Virus record (IMG/VR): IMGVR_UViG_3300012041_000063
Span: 1-24,298 of that record
Origin: a virus
Taxonomy: Duplodnaviria; Caudoviricetes
Length of the DNA stretch: 24,298 nucleotides
Direction: 5' to 3' (one strand)
In this document: piece after piece, positions 16,266-24,298 of the stretch
Numbering within the stretch: position 1 is the stretch's first letter
Layout of the letters: the number at the start of each line of letters is the position of its first letter
Notes under the pieces: generated by a model
The model's input: only the letters and a program-made list of their open reading frames with translations
Database searches by the model: none
Told to the model about the DNA's origin: nothing
Program-made: the position numbers and the translations under genes

Positions 16266-17228
16266 ATGCCACAGCCAACACAGAACCAAGTACACGTTGA
16301 CTCGATACTAACGAATATCAGCGTTGCCTATATGCAGTCGCAAGACGTGTATATCAACCAAAAGGTATTCCCTGTAGTATCGGTAGACAAGCAATCAGAC
16401 CTTTACTTTGTCTATCGTAAGGGGGACTGGTTTAGGGATGAGGCACAGCTACGGGCAGACGGGGTAGAGTCTGCCGGTAGTGGCTACACCCTAGCTAGTG
16501 AAGGGTACTCCGCGCGAGTATGGGCCATCCATAAGGACGTAGGGCCGCAGGTACGCCAGAACTACGATAATCCACTAGATGCAGACCGAGACGCGGCACG
16601 GTTCGTAATGAATCGTCTAATGTTGAGGCAGGAAGTCCAGTGGGTTAACGACTACTTTAAGTCTGGCGTTTGGGCTACTGATATTACACTAGCAGCGGGT
16701 CTAAAGTGGGATGTTTACGCAACCAGTAACCCCGCTGGCGACATTCGCACTGCACAACTAGCAATGTTGCAGAGCACCGGGCTAGAGGGTAATACACTAA
16801 TAGTAGGGGCGCAGGTGGATGCCGCACTTAAGGGGCATCCGGGCATTAAAGACCAATTCAAGTATACCAGTAGTGCCAGCGTTACCGAAGATATGATAGC
16901 GAACTATCTAGGAGTAGGTAAATACCTAGTCGCCAAAGCAGTACGCAATACTGCCGAGGAAGGCGCGGTAGATGCAATGTCGCTACTCTTTGGTAAGCAC
17001 GCACTACTAGTACACGCAGCGCCAGACCCCGGACTACTAGTGCCTAGTGCGGGTTATACGTTTATGTGGAAGGGTATTAGCCACGGTATCGGGGCTAACC
17101 TTTCTATCTACAAAATCCCTATGGATATGCTAGGGCTAGGTACTCAGCGAGTAGAAGGCCAAATAGCGTATGTTAACAAGGTAGTAGCGTCTGATTTGGG
17201 CTACTTCTGGAACGCGGTAATTACGTAG
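16266..17228 (+). CDS. Major capsid protein (HK97 fold)
   Basis: AAGGAG RBS. HVDSILTNIS.AY, VFP.V.V.KQSD.YF.Y, W...SNP..DI motifs. Size and position fit. Confidence 0.92.
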   Translation: MPQPTQNQVHVDSILTNISVAYMQSQDVYINQKVFPVVSVDKQSDLYFVYRKGDWFRDEAQLRADGVESAGSGYTLASEGYSARVWAIHKDVGPQVRQNYDNPLDADRDAARFVMNRLMLRQEVQWVNDYFKSGVWATDITLAAGLKWDVYATSNPAGDIRTAQLAMLQSTGLEGNTLIVGAQVDAALKGHPGIKDQFKYTSSASVTEDMIANYLGVGKYLVAKAVRNTAEEGAVDAMSLLFGKHALLVHAAPDPGLLVPSAGYTFMWKGISHGIGANLSIYKIPMDMLGLGTQRVEGQIAYVNKVVASDLGYFWNAVIT

Positions 17229-17229
17229 G

Positions 17230-17409
17230 ATGGCCGCTAAGAAACCGCCAGAGCCGCTTAGAACGTTCCGCAAGGTAACAAGAGGATTTGACGGTTACGA
17301 GGTAGGACTAGAGGTAGACTGTACTGATTGGCCGAATACTAAGGAGCTAGTCAGTACGGGCTATCTTTCCAGTGACTATCGCACTGTAGAGAGTGAAGAT
17401 ACAGCGTAA
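17230..17409 (+). CDS. Small post-capsid protein (59 aa; not in ORF track)
   Basis: MAAKKPPEPLRTFRKVTRGFDGYEVGLEVDCTDWPNTKELVSTGYLSSDYRTVESEDTA*, starting 1 nt after the MCP stop. Y..G..V...W....LV..GYL is typical of small genes after MCP. Confidence 0.7.
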   Translation: MAAKKPPEPLRTFRKVTRGFDGYEVGLEVDCTDWPNTKELVSTGYLSSDYRTVESEDTA

Positions 17410-17436
17410 GAGGTGGTACCCCTTCCTACTTACGGT

Positions 17437-17518
17437 ATAGGGACAAAGGACGGCAGTGAGTGGTAGACTTTCTCCCAAAGACTAACCCTACTGCCGTCCT
17501 TCCTATGCAGAGGGAGGG
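17437..17518 (+). promoter_or_regulatory. Long structured RNA element between capsid and connector genes
   Basis: 12-bp perfect stem AAGGACGGCAGT/ACTGCCGTCCTT, outer ATAGG/CCTAT, inner CTTT/AAAG closing a CTCCC loop complementary to the downstream GGGAG RBS. Confidence 0.65.
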
Positions 17519-17526
17519 CTAACGCT

Positions 17527-17913
17527 ATGCCATATGGCGGAGACCCGGCAGGCAGCGATGCAGATGCGGTACGATTCTGGATAGGGGATACAGACCCCGC
17601 TAACCCGCTATTTTCAGATGCAGAAATTGACTACCTGCTAGAACTAGGTGGTAGTCCACTTAACGCGGCTATACTGGCGTGTAACTCGCTCATAGCCCGG
17701 TACGCACACGAGGTATCGCGCACTATCGGCAGTCTAAGTGTTAACGCATCCGATAGAATGAAACACTTTATGGAGCTACGTAAAACCTTAGTAGATAGAG
17801 CTACGCTACGAGTAACGCCAATAGCAGGCGGTATCAGTGTAGGAGCTAAGGCAGCGCAGGAAGCGAATACAGACCGAGTGCTACCATTCTTTACAAGGGA
17901 TGGTAGCATATAA
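17527..17913 (+). CDS. Head-tail adaptor protein
   Basis: AVRFWIGDTD..NPLFSDAEIDYLL motif. First connector position. Confidence 0.8.
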   Translation: MPYGGDPAGSDADAVRFWIGDTDPANPLFSDAEIDYLLELGGSPLNAAILACNSLIARYAHEVSRTIGSLSVNASDRMKHFMELRKTLVDRATLRVTPIAGGISVGAKAAQEANTDRVLPFFTRDGSI

Positions 17914-18238
17914 CATGGCCGATATGCGAGCAGACTTTGCGGACTGGTTGAACCAAGAGGTAAAGCTAGAACATAGCTTAAGCGTTAACGAGTATGGAGA
18001 GCACAGCTACGATTTACAGGTAATGGTAATGGGCCGTATCGAACACAAGCGCAGAGCCATACTAACGAAGGATAACGAGACGCTAATAAGTCTAGTTACT
18101 ATCTATGTACCTAGCGAGCCTGTAGTAAATGCGGATGATAGGCTAACACTGCCGGACGGTACTACCCCGGTAATACTTGCAGTAGACAAACAGCCGGACG
18201 AGTACGGACAAATCTACTACCAAGCGATAATGACATGA
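17900..18238 (+). CDS. Head closure/stopper protein
   Basis: NEYGE.SY, beta-rich, DRLTLPDG. Synteny. Confidence 0.72.
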   Translation: MVAYNMADMRADFADWLNQEVKLEHSLSVNEYGEHSYDLQVMVMGRIEHKRRAILTKDNETLISLVTIYVPSEPVVNADDRLTLPDGTTPVILAVDKQPDEYGQIYYQAIMT

Positions 18239-18633
18239 CATTTAGTTTTAGGGTAGTGCTAGATGAAGCGTCTGCTAAGAAGTCAAACGAGGCTCTAAAG
18301 AAAGTAGGGAGGGACGCGCCTAAGATTGTGGCGCAAGCCGCCTACAATGACTTAGAGGATACTATGACTATTAGCAAGCAACAGGCACCCGTAGATACAG
18401 GCGTTATGCGAGCTAGTGGTACGGTAGACCGGCCAGTAGTGGAAGGCGATAATTGGAGCGTAGAGATAGGGTACGGGGGAGCTTCGGCGGCTTACGCCAT
18501 ATACGTACATGAGAACTTATCAGCTAGGCACACAGTAGGTAACGCTAAGTACCTAGAGAAGCCACTAACCGAGCGCAACGGCGGCATGGCTAACAGGATG
18601 GGTAATGCTATCAGTAAGGCGTATGGCGTATGA
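18235..18633 (+). CDS. HK97 gp10-like neck/tail completion protein
   Basis: APVDTGVMRASG, YAIYVHE, AKYLEKPL. Confidence 0.85.
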   Translation: MTFSFRVVLDEASAKKSNEALKKVGRDAPKIVAQAAYNDLEDTMTISKQQAPVDTGVMRASGTVDRPVVEGDNWSVEIGYGGASAAYAIYVHENLSARHTVGNAKYLEKPLTERNGGMANRMGNAISKAYGV

Positions 18634-19022
18634 CTACTCCCCCTAGTAGGACGCTCCTAGACGTGCTAGCTACTGCCGGGGTAGGTGTCGTAGGTACTAA
18701 CCTATTCGCAGAGCGGATGCCGGATGCGCCAGACCATGCAGTTAGTGTAACACTGTATGCGGGTGGCACCCCGGAGTACATTCACAATAGCCCATATGTA
18801 GCGTATAACACTCCTAGACTACAGGTAATGGTAAGAGGAATAGGGGCAGATAGCGCCTACACGCTCGCAGACGCAGCCTACCGCGCACTAGGGAATAAGG
18901 ACGGATACCCTAGCGACTGGATTATTATTACGCCACTGTCCGCACCATTTCTACTCACTAGAGACGAAAAAGAACGAGTAGTATACGCCTTTAATATCGA
19001 AGCACTAACGAGGGGTAACTAG
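18630..19022 (+). CDS. Tail terminator (minor capsid 3-like)
   Basis: NLF..RMPDAPD..V...Y.G, P.LQVMVRG, L.RDE..R..Y.FN. Confidence 0.8.
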   Translation: MTTPPSRTLLDVLATAGVGVVGTNLFAERMPDAPDHAVSVTLYAGGTPEYIHNSPYVAYNTPRLQVMVRGIGADSAYTLADAAYRALGNKDGYPSDWIIITPLSAPFLLTRDEKERVVYAFNIEALTRGN

Positions 19023-19084
19023 ATTCGAGCTACTACTATACGCAGTAACCAGTTAGTCACAAATACAGGAAAGGCTAAACTACA

Positions 19085-19522
19085 ATGACAGAAGCAGTAC
19101 GTTCCTTTGGACTAGTTTTCAAGATGGGAGACGGAGAAGCAGTAGAGGCGTTTACAGCTATTGCAGAACTTACAGACCTACAAGTATTCCCTATCAATCA
19201 GGAGACAGTAGACGCTACGCATCATGCTAGCCCTAATGCGTTCCGTGAGTTTATCCCTACACTGAAAGACGGTGGAGAGGTAACGGGTACTGTTAACTGG
19301 ATACCGGGGGACGCTACCCATGACCCCGCTACCGGGCTATTAAGTCTCCTACTAGATGGTAACGCGCACAACTTTGAGATAGACATACCCGCGCTAGTGC
19401 CTGTTACATGGGCATTTAGGGGCATCGTTACGCAATGGGCACCGGGCGCGGGGCCGATAGATGGCAAGCTAACGGCAGACTTTATTATTAAGACTACTGG
19501 CGAGCCAGCACTAGAAAGCTAA
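19085..19522 (+). CDS. Major tail tube protein
   Basis: FTAIAEL, ETVDATH..S...REFIP.LKDGGEV..TVNW.P, terminal I..TG.P. Confidence 0.9.
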   Translation: MTEAVRSFGLVFKMGDGEAVEAFTAIAELTDLQVFPINQETVDATHHASPNAFREFIPTLKDGGEVTGTVNWIPGDATHDPATGLLSLLLDGNAHNFEIDIPALVPVTWAFRGIVTQWAPGAGPIDGKLTADFIIKTTGEPALES

Positions 19523-19548
19523 CACACTACTAACACAAGGGGTAAACA

Positions 19549-19980
19549 ATGACAGAGGAAACAAGCGGAGACGTACCAGAGGTAGAGGAAGCGCAGAGAG
19601 TTATACAAACGGGTAATCTGCGTTCCCTTATCCTAGCCGCAGTAGACGTACCGGAGGAAGTGCTAGACGTACCCGAATGGGGTACTAGCATTACTGTACG
19701 CGGTCTAACAGGAAAACAGCGCGACGCATTCGAGGCGGAAGTCTTTGTTATCAGAGGTTCAGGTAAGCAAGTTAAGAGCGAGTATCATAGGATAAATATT
19801 CGCGCTAGACTGGTAAGCCTATCAATCGTAGACCCTGTTACTAAAGAGCGAGTATTTACCGATGCAGATATTGAGACACTAGGCGACAAATCCGCAGTAG
19901 TCCTAGACCGAATATTTGAGGTAGCGCAGCGGCTAGCCGGTATGCGCGACGAGGATATAGAGGAGCTAGAAAAAAACTAA
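19549..19980 (+). CDS. Tail assembly chaperone (G-like)
   Basis: VPEWG..I.VRGLTG.QRD.FE, RVFTDAD...LG.KS..VLDRIF. Ends EKN* on a slippery site. Confidence 0.88.
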   Translation: MTEETSGDVPEVEEAQRVIQTGNLRSLILAAVDVPEEVLDVPEWGTSITVRGLTGKQRDAFEAEVFVIRGSGKQVKSEYHRINIRARLVSLSIVDPVTKERVFTDADIETLGDKSAVVLDRIFEVAQRLAGMRDEDIEELEKN

Positions 19981-20348
19981 CGGAGCGGCCAGACTTACAA
20001 TTTCAATTCCGTCTAGCCGCGCACTTAGGAATAACAAGAAACGAGCTAATGAATCGACTATCAGCGGAGGAGCTTATACAGTGGCAGATATTCGCAACGA
20101 GAGAGCCACTACTAGCGGAGCGAATAGATATAGGTATAGCTCGGTTAATACACGTACTGATAGCGATTAACAGCGATAAGAAATCTAAGCGGAGGAAATG
20201 GACAGACTTTCTAATCAAATGGTGGCCTAGTAAACAAAAGACGCCAGAGGAGTTAGTAGAGGAGCTAATAGACGCAACGCTAGCCATGAACGGCACGGTA
20301 GCGCCAGAGATACTAGAACAATATGAGTACGATACTAGGCGTTTTTAA
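19971..20348 (+). CDS. -1 frameshift extension of tail assembly chaperone (GT-like)
   Basis: Slippery heptamer A AAA AAC at 19971-19977. The -1 frame reads LTERPDLQFQFRLAAHLGITRNELMNRLSAEELIQW..., open to 20348 and containing the track ORF 20049-20348. Confidence 0.85.
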   Translation, partial: KKLTERPDLQFQFRLAAHLGITRNELMNRLSAEELIQWQIFATREPLLAERIDIGIARLIHVLIAINSDKKSKRRKWTDFLIKWWPSKQKTPEELVEELIDATLAMNGTVAPEILEQYEYDTRRF

Positions 20349-22260
20349 GTTTAAGTTTGAGGGAGATAATAAAGACCTTAACAAGTCGATAGACGATAGC
20401 GAGAAAAAGGGGAGTAGTCTAGGTAAGACGCTCGGTAGTATTGGGAAGATAGCAGGCGGGGTAGCTTTAGGCGCAGGCATAACAGCGGCACCGGGCTACT
20501 TAATGGATGCAGCGCGAGCGGCGGCAGAGGATGAAGCAGCGACAATACGCCTAGATTTATCACTCAGTAACTTAGCAGAAGCTAGCGGTACTGGCGCAGC
20601 CGGGTTAGCCGAGATGCAAGATAGCATGGGCGGGCTAATAGACGCGGGGCAGAAGCTAGCATTTAGCGACGATGAAGTAAGGGACGGTATGCAATTTCTC
20701 ATAGCCGCTACTGGCGACTATGACGAATCAGCGCGACGCATGGCGGCAGCGCAAGACCTTGCAAGAGGAGCTAATATACCGCTAGCTCAAGCTACTAAGA
20801 TGCTAGGCAAGATGAACGAGGAGAACGTAGAGGTATTCAAGAAATTGGGTATCACTATGGGAGATAATGCCACAGAAGCCGAGGCACTAGCGGCGGTACA
20901 AGCTAAGTTTGGTGGACAGGCGGAAGCCTACGCGAACTCTACAGCGGGCCAGTTTGCCCAAAGTGAGTTAGCTATGGCCGAGCTACAAGAGACGATAGGT
21001 ACCGCGCTACTGCCCGTTATGGCAGCACTAGGCGGAATATTAGTAGATGTAGTTATACCGGCATTCGGTCTGTTAACGCCTGTTATGACGCTAATTGGAG
21101 AGGGGCTAGGATTCCTTGCGGGCCACCTAGAGATAGTGATACCCGCGCTAGCAATGGGGCTAGTGCCAGTTATTATTATGGTTATTCCACTACTGTACGC
21201 TAAAGCGGCGGCATGGTGGCTAGTCGCTACTGCGATGATTGCGGCCAACCTACCGATAATCCTACTCATTGCCGCATTTGTAGCAGTAGGTATAGGTATT
21301 GGTCTACTTATCAAGTATTGGGATGATATAGTAGAAGTGATACCCGCGCTAGGAATAGCAGTAGACGCAGTTAAGCAAGTATGGATAGACTTTGTAGCAT
21401 GGATTAAAGACCCGCTAATTCCCGCGCTAATATCCGTATACGAGACAGTAGCTAAGGTAGCGCAAGATGTATACGACATTATTAAGGTAGTGTGGGATAA
21501 GATAGAGCCGCTGGTAATGTTCTATGTTGGGGCGTGGCTAGCCGTTATCGAGCTAGGATGGAACGCTATGAAGATATACATAGAGACGGTACTAGGCGTA
21601 ATCAAAGGCTTAGTAGATGTATTCATGGGCGTCTTTACTGGCGATTGGGATAGGGCATGGAGTGGCGTTAAGCAGATATTTAGCTCGGTATGGGATGGTA
21701 TTAAGGCTATCGTTGGGCTAGCTATTGACTTCCTACTAACGCAGATGGTACCCCGTATGCTTACTGCCGCCAAAGCTCTAGGTACTGCACTTAAAGATGG
21801 TATAGTAGCAGGCATTAAAGGTATCCTAGGGAATGTAGGCGAGATAGGCGACGCGCTAAAGAGTGCGCTTAGGAGTGCGCTTCAATCCGCGCTAAACTGG
21901 TTGCACAATAATGTACGAATCTCAGTACCCGGATTTGACCCGCCGGGGCCGGGGAGTATACCGGGGTGGAATTGGTCGTTTCCACAGTTATATATACCAA
22001 TGGCCGAGGGCGGTATTGTTACACGGCCTACACTAGCTCTAGTAGGCGAGGCGGGGCCAGAGGCGGTAATACCCCTTGCGGACTGGCGCAAACGTGCTAC
22101 AGGCGGCTTAGGTGGAGCGAGGCAGGCACCGGGGAGCGACCGGGGCATAGTAGTAAATATCGATACTGTTTACGCTACGAGCGCAGAGGAAGCGCGGCTA
22201 AGCGTTAACCGGGTGGCATACGGCTTACGGGCTAAGATGCGAAAGAGCGGTACAGCTTGA
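20323..22260 (+). CDS. Tape measure protein
   Basis: Ala/Gly-rich helical, central hydrophobic segments, periodic Trp/Phe repeats (FTGDWDRAWSGVKQIF), C-terminal MAEGGIVTRPTLALVGEAGPEAVIPL. Confidence 0.95.
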   Translation: MSTILGVFKFKFEGDNKDLNKSIDDSEKKGSSLGKTLGSIGKIAGGVALGAGITAAPGYLMDAARAAAEDEAATIRLDLSLSNLAEASGTGAAGLAEMQDSMGGLIDAGQKLAFSDDEVRDGMQFLIAATGDYDESARRMAAAQDLARGANIPLAQATKMLGKMNEENVEVFKKLGITMGDNATEAEALAAVQAKFGGQAEAYANSTAGQFAQSELAMAELQETIGTALLPVMAALGGILVDVVIPAFGLLTPVMTLIGEGLGFLAGHLEIVIPALAMGLVPVIIMVIPLLYAKAAAWWLVATAMIAANLPIILLIAAFVAVGIGIGLLIKYWDDIVEVIPALGIAVDAVKQVWIDFVAWIKDPLIPALISVYETVAKVAQDVYDIIKVVWDKIEPLVMFYVGAWLAVIELGWNAMKIYIETVLGVIKGLVDVFMGVFTGDWDRAWSGVKQIFSSVWDGIKAIVGLAIDFLLTQMVPRMLTAAKALGTALKDGIVAGIKGILGNVGEIGDALKSALRSALQSALNWLHNNVRISVPGFDPPGPGSIPGWNWSFPQLYIPMAEGGIVTRPTLALVGEAGPEAVIPLADWRKRATGGLGGARQAPGSDRGIVVNIDTVYATSAEEARLSVNRVAYGLRAKMRKSGTA

Positions 22261-23090
22261 CGATACGTTATCCATATATGTACGAATCAGAAGATGGTAG
22301 TATTAGCGTAACGTTTGGTACTGCCCAACTAGAGTACGACCAATCGCAAGAGTACAGGATAGCTAGTGTACCGCTGGTAGGCGCGGACTATGAGCACGAT
22401 TTTCTAGGCCGCTACCAGTCACCAAAGGCAGACGGGCTAGAGATTGTACGATGGATGATACTAGGCGTTAATGATGATGCACTAACGGAAGATACTTTTG
22501 ACGACCTAGTTAGCAAGATAGACCGCATAGGCAGAGGTAAGCTATGGACTATCGATAGCCAGAGCACTAGACGTTGGTGCCGAGCGCGAGCTACGAAACG
22601 GCCAGTACCCGTTATTGGTGCAGAGATAGTTAATCATATGCCGGTAGAGTGCGAGTTTAAGCGTAGTAGCGACTGGTACGGAGAGACGCTACAAACAGGT
22701 AGTCAACTACTAGACAGTACGCCAGAGCCTTTTAACATTACTAACCCCGGTAATATGCGAGTACGAGACGCTATATTTAGGTTACGCAGCAACAGTGCTA
22801 CAGGATTTACCAATCCGCAGTTTGTCAGTCAAGGAGTAGGTATGCAGATTGCGAGTACCCGAGATGCAGTAAGCGCAGATAGCGAGCTACGCATAGATGC
22901 AGGAGAAATGCGGGTAGAGTGGTCTAATGATAATGGTAGCACGTATACGGATGATTACGACAAGGTAACAGTACCAGTTACACAAGTAGGGCTACTCGAT
23001 TTAGAACCCGGAGTAAATAGCATCATTTATACGGACGGCGGCACCCCTAACGCTACTCTAGAATGGGAGTTTTACGCGGCATATGCCTAA
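22257..23090 (+). CDS. Distal tail protein (Dit-like)
   Basis: TTGA-coupled to TMP. F...SDWYG, ITNPGN, L.LEPGVNSI motifs. Confidence 0.8.
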   Translation: MTIRYPYMYESEDGSISVTFGTAQLEYDQSQEYRIASVPLVGADYEHDFLGRYQSPKADGLEIVRWMILGVNDDALTEDTFDDLVSKIDRIGRGKLWTIDSQSTRRWCRARATKRPVPVIGAEIVNHMPVECEFKRSSDWYGETLQTGSQLLDSTPEPFNITNPGNMRVRDAIFRLRSNSATGFTNPQFVSQGVGMQIASTRDAVSADSELRIDAGEMRVEWSNDNGSTYTDDYDKVTVPVTQVGLLDLEPGVNSIIYTDGGTPNATLEWEFYAAYA

Positions 23091-23313
23091 TACACTAGGG
23101 CCAATAGATTACGAGTACCACGGGCTAGTAATGAAGCAGCAAGAAAAGGTAGAGAGCTACCTACATGAGTGCGACGAAGAACACCGGGCTAAGTATCACT
23201 GTAAGCCGGATGCTACATGGATACAGGAGGATTACGTAACACTGGATACCGGACAAAAGATAGTACACAAACCAACTATCGAGCGAATAGAAAGAGGTAT
23301 TAGGAATGGCTAA
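23083..23313 (+). CDS. Hypothetical protein (76 aa)
   Basis: Overlapping start with GGGAG upstream. Contains HEC...H...HC. Confidence 0.6.
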   Translation: MPNTLGPIDYEYHGLVMKQQEKVESYLHECDEEHRAKYHCKPDATWIQEDYVTLDTGQKIVHKPTIERIERGIRNG

Positions 23314-23512
23314 GATTGTTAGAACTCAGATTGCAGTTACTGAGATAGAGCTAGAAGAATCGGTAGACGGGGAAGCTAGCGCGGAAGTCCTACTAGGTAC
23401 GGCTCTGGCCGATACCGAGAACTGGACTACTCGAACTGCCCATGTAGTTTACGAAGTACACGCAGACACGGAAGATGGATGCGTAGTAAAGCAATTTACG
23501 AGGAGACAGTAA
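23306..23512 (+). CDS. Hypothetical acidic protein (68 aa)
   Basis: GAGGT RBS and overlapping start. Confidence 0.6.
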   Translation: MAKIVRTQIAVTEIELEESVDGEASAEVLLGTALADTENWTTRTAHVVYEVHADTEDGCVVKQFTRRQ

Positions 23513-23514
23513 TC

Positions 23515-23898
23515 ATGGCACTAGTAAACCTAGCACGAGACCTAATAGCAGACGCCATAACAGGCGGTAGCACGTACACGAAGTTTACTAACGCGGCGGC
23601 GCATATCGGAGTAGGCGATAGCTCTACTGCATTTAACGCGACACATACAGACCTACAGGCAGCGTCTAACAAGGTGCGAAAGCCTATGGATAGTACGTAC
23701 CCGCAACGTACTGCTAATGTCATAGTGTGGAAATCTACCTTTGCTACTGGCGATGCTAACTGGAACTGGTTAGAGCGAGGTATCTTTAACGCAGTATCTA
23801 CCGCACAGATGCTAAGTAGGAAAGTAATAGCATTGGGTACTAAGACTAGCGCGGCATCGTGGGTACTTACTTGCACTGATACGGTAGTCCTAGTCTAG
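23515..23898 (+). CDS. Minor tail/baseplate structural protein
   Basis: Start ATG 23515 after GAGGAG. HIGVGDSSTAF.A..TDLQ, F.TGDAN..W.E.GIFNA...ML.R.V..LGTK typical of tail-fibre-anchoring proteins. Confidence 0.75.
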   Translation: MALVNLARDLIADAITGGSTYTKFTNAAAHIGVGDSSTAFNATHTDLQAASNKVRKPMDSTYPQRTANVIVWKSTFATGDANWNWLERGIFNAVSTAQMLSRKVIALGTKTSAASWVLTCTDTVVLV

Positions 23899-24298
23899 TG
23901 GCGATAGCGTCTGGCGTTATTGTCGGGTGGCCTAGTACGGCAGGGAGCATTCCTGCTAACTGGACTCGCGTAACTGCGCTAGACGATAAGTACCCTAGAG
24001 GGGTACCAACTTCCGCCACTAACCCCGGTAGCACTGGTGGTAGCAATAGCCATAGCAGCCACCAAATACCGAGCCATAACCACGGCGGTAGCGTTAGCCA
24101 TACTCACCCGAACCAGAATAGCGGCAACAGTGTAGGCAGTATTACCAACACTGCTACAAGTACGGGTAAGACGTTTGTAGGCCACCCGCACTCACACACA
24201 ATTACCCCGCCAGCGGCTACGATGAGTATCACAGCGGGGCAACACAGTTTCGGCGCTAACTCTGCCGAGCAGCTACACAGAACAGTAATATGGATTCA
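23898..24298 (+). CDS. Tail fibre/collar-domain protein, 3'-truncated (not in ORF track)
   Basis: GTG start in TAGTG. MAIASGVIVGWPSTAGSIPANW...DKYPRG...GSTGGSNSH...PSHNH..SHTH..HPHSH is a tail-collar pattern with HxH metal-binding motifs. Open to the window end. Confidence 0.82.
   Translation, partial: MAIASGVIVGWPSTAGSIPANWTRVTALDDKYPRGVPTSATNPGSTGGSNSHSSHQIPSHNHGGSVSHTHPNQNSGNSVGSITNTATSTGKTFVGHPHSHTITPPAATMSITAGQHSFGANSAEQLHRTVIWI

Larger units (their letters stand above)
1..24298 (+). mobile_element. Tailed dsDNA bacteriophage (siphovirus-like) genome segment
   Basis: Uninterrupted co-oriented phage gene order from replication through packaging, head, connector and tail genes. A tail tube and tape measure are present with no sheath. 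No host genes, integrase or att site seen in the window. Confidence 0.97.

Noticed and set aside
21966-22208. Alternative-frame ORF in the tape measure gene
   Set aside because: It is fully nested in the conserved TMP C-terminus, with no supporting motif.
836-24191. All minus-strand ORFs in the track (e.g. 13572-14174, 20928-21479)
   Set aside because: They lie antisense to well-supported genes, are Ser-rich shadows of the coding-strand codon bias, and show no motifs.
1-24298. Stop-codon reassignment (TAG read-through), suggested by abundant TAG
   Set aside because: Genes are full length in the standard code, and TAG ends conserved proteins with coupled downstream starts (TAGTG at 2083 and 23896). 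Most TAG trinucleotides are out of frame, from CTA-G/GTA-G.
1-24298. tRNA, rRNA, integrase/att, intron/intein or diversity-generating retroelement
   Set aside because: No cloverleaf, recombinase, reverse transcriptase or splicing motifs were recognised, and intergenic gaps are short and accounted for.

Overview
The whole window is a contiguous, single-strand (+) segment of a tailed dsDNA phage, most likely a siphovirus, with both end genes truncated. Left part (1-9755): replication and accessory module with a SNF2 helicase, Cro-like HTH protein, two conserved replication proteins, RepB'-type primase, a 285-aa orphan, an iteron-like array (probable origin), a UvrD-like SF1 helicase, VRR-NUC nuclease, membrane-anchored lytic transglycosylase and many Cys/His microproteins. 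Right part (9850-24298): morphogenesis module with TerS, TerL, portal, MuF-like head protein, Mu-type protease/scaffold, decoration protein, major capsid, connectors, tail tube, frameshifted tail chaperone, tape measure, Dit and tail-fibre proteins. Best leads: (1) a HiPIP-like four-Cys domain fused to the prohead protease; (2) a primase/orphan/iteron/SF1-helicase replicon; (3) apparent total absence of GATC, CCWGG and GGWCC alongside strong CTAG/GTAC enrichment; (4) structured intergenic RNAs able to mask ribosome-binding sites; (5) a 40% acidic microprotein in its own expression unit. All family calls come from motifs recognised by eye and from synteny; no searches were run.
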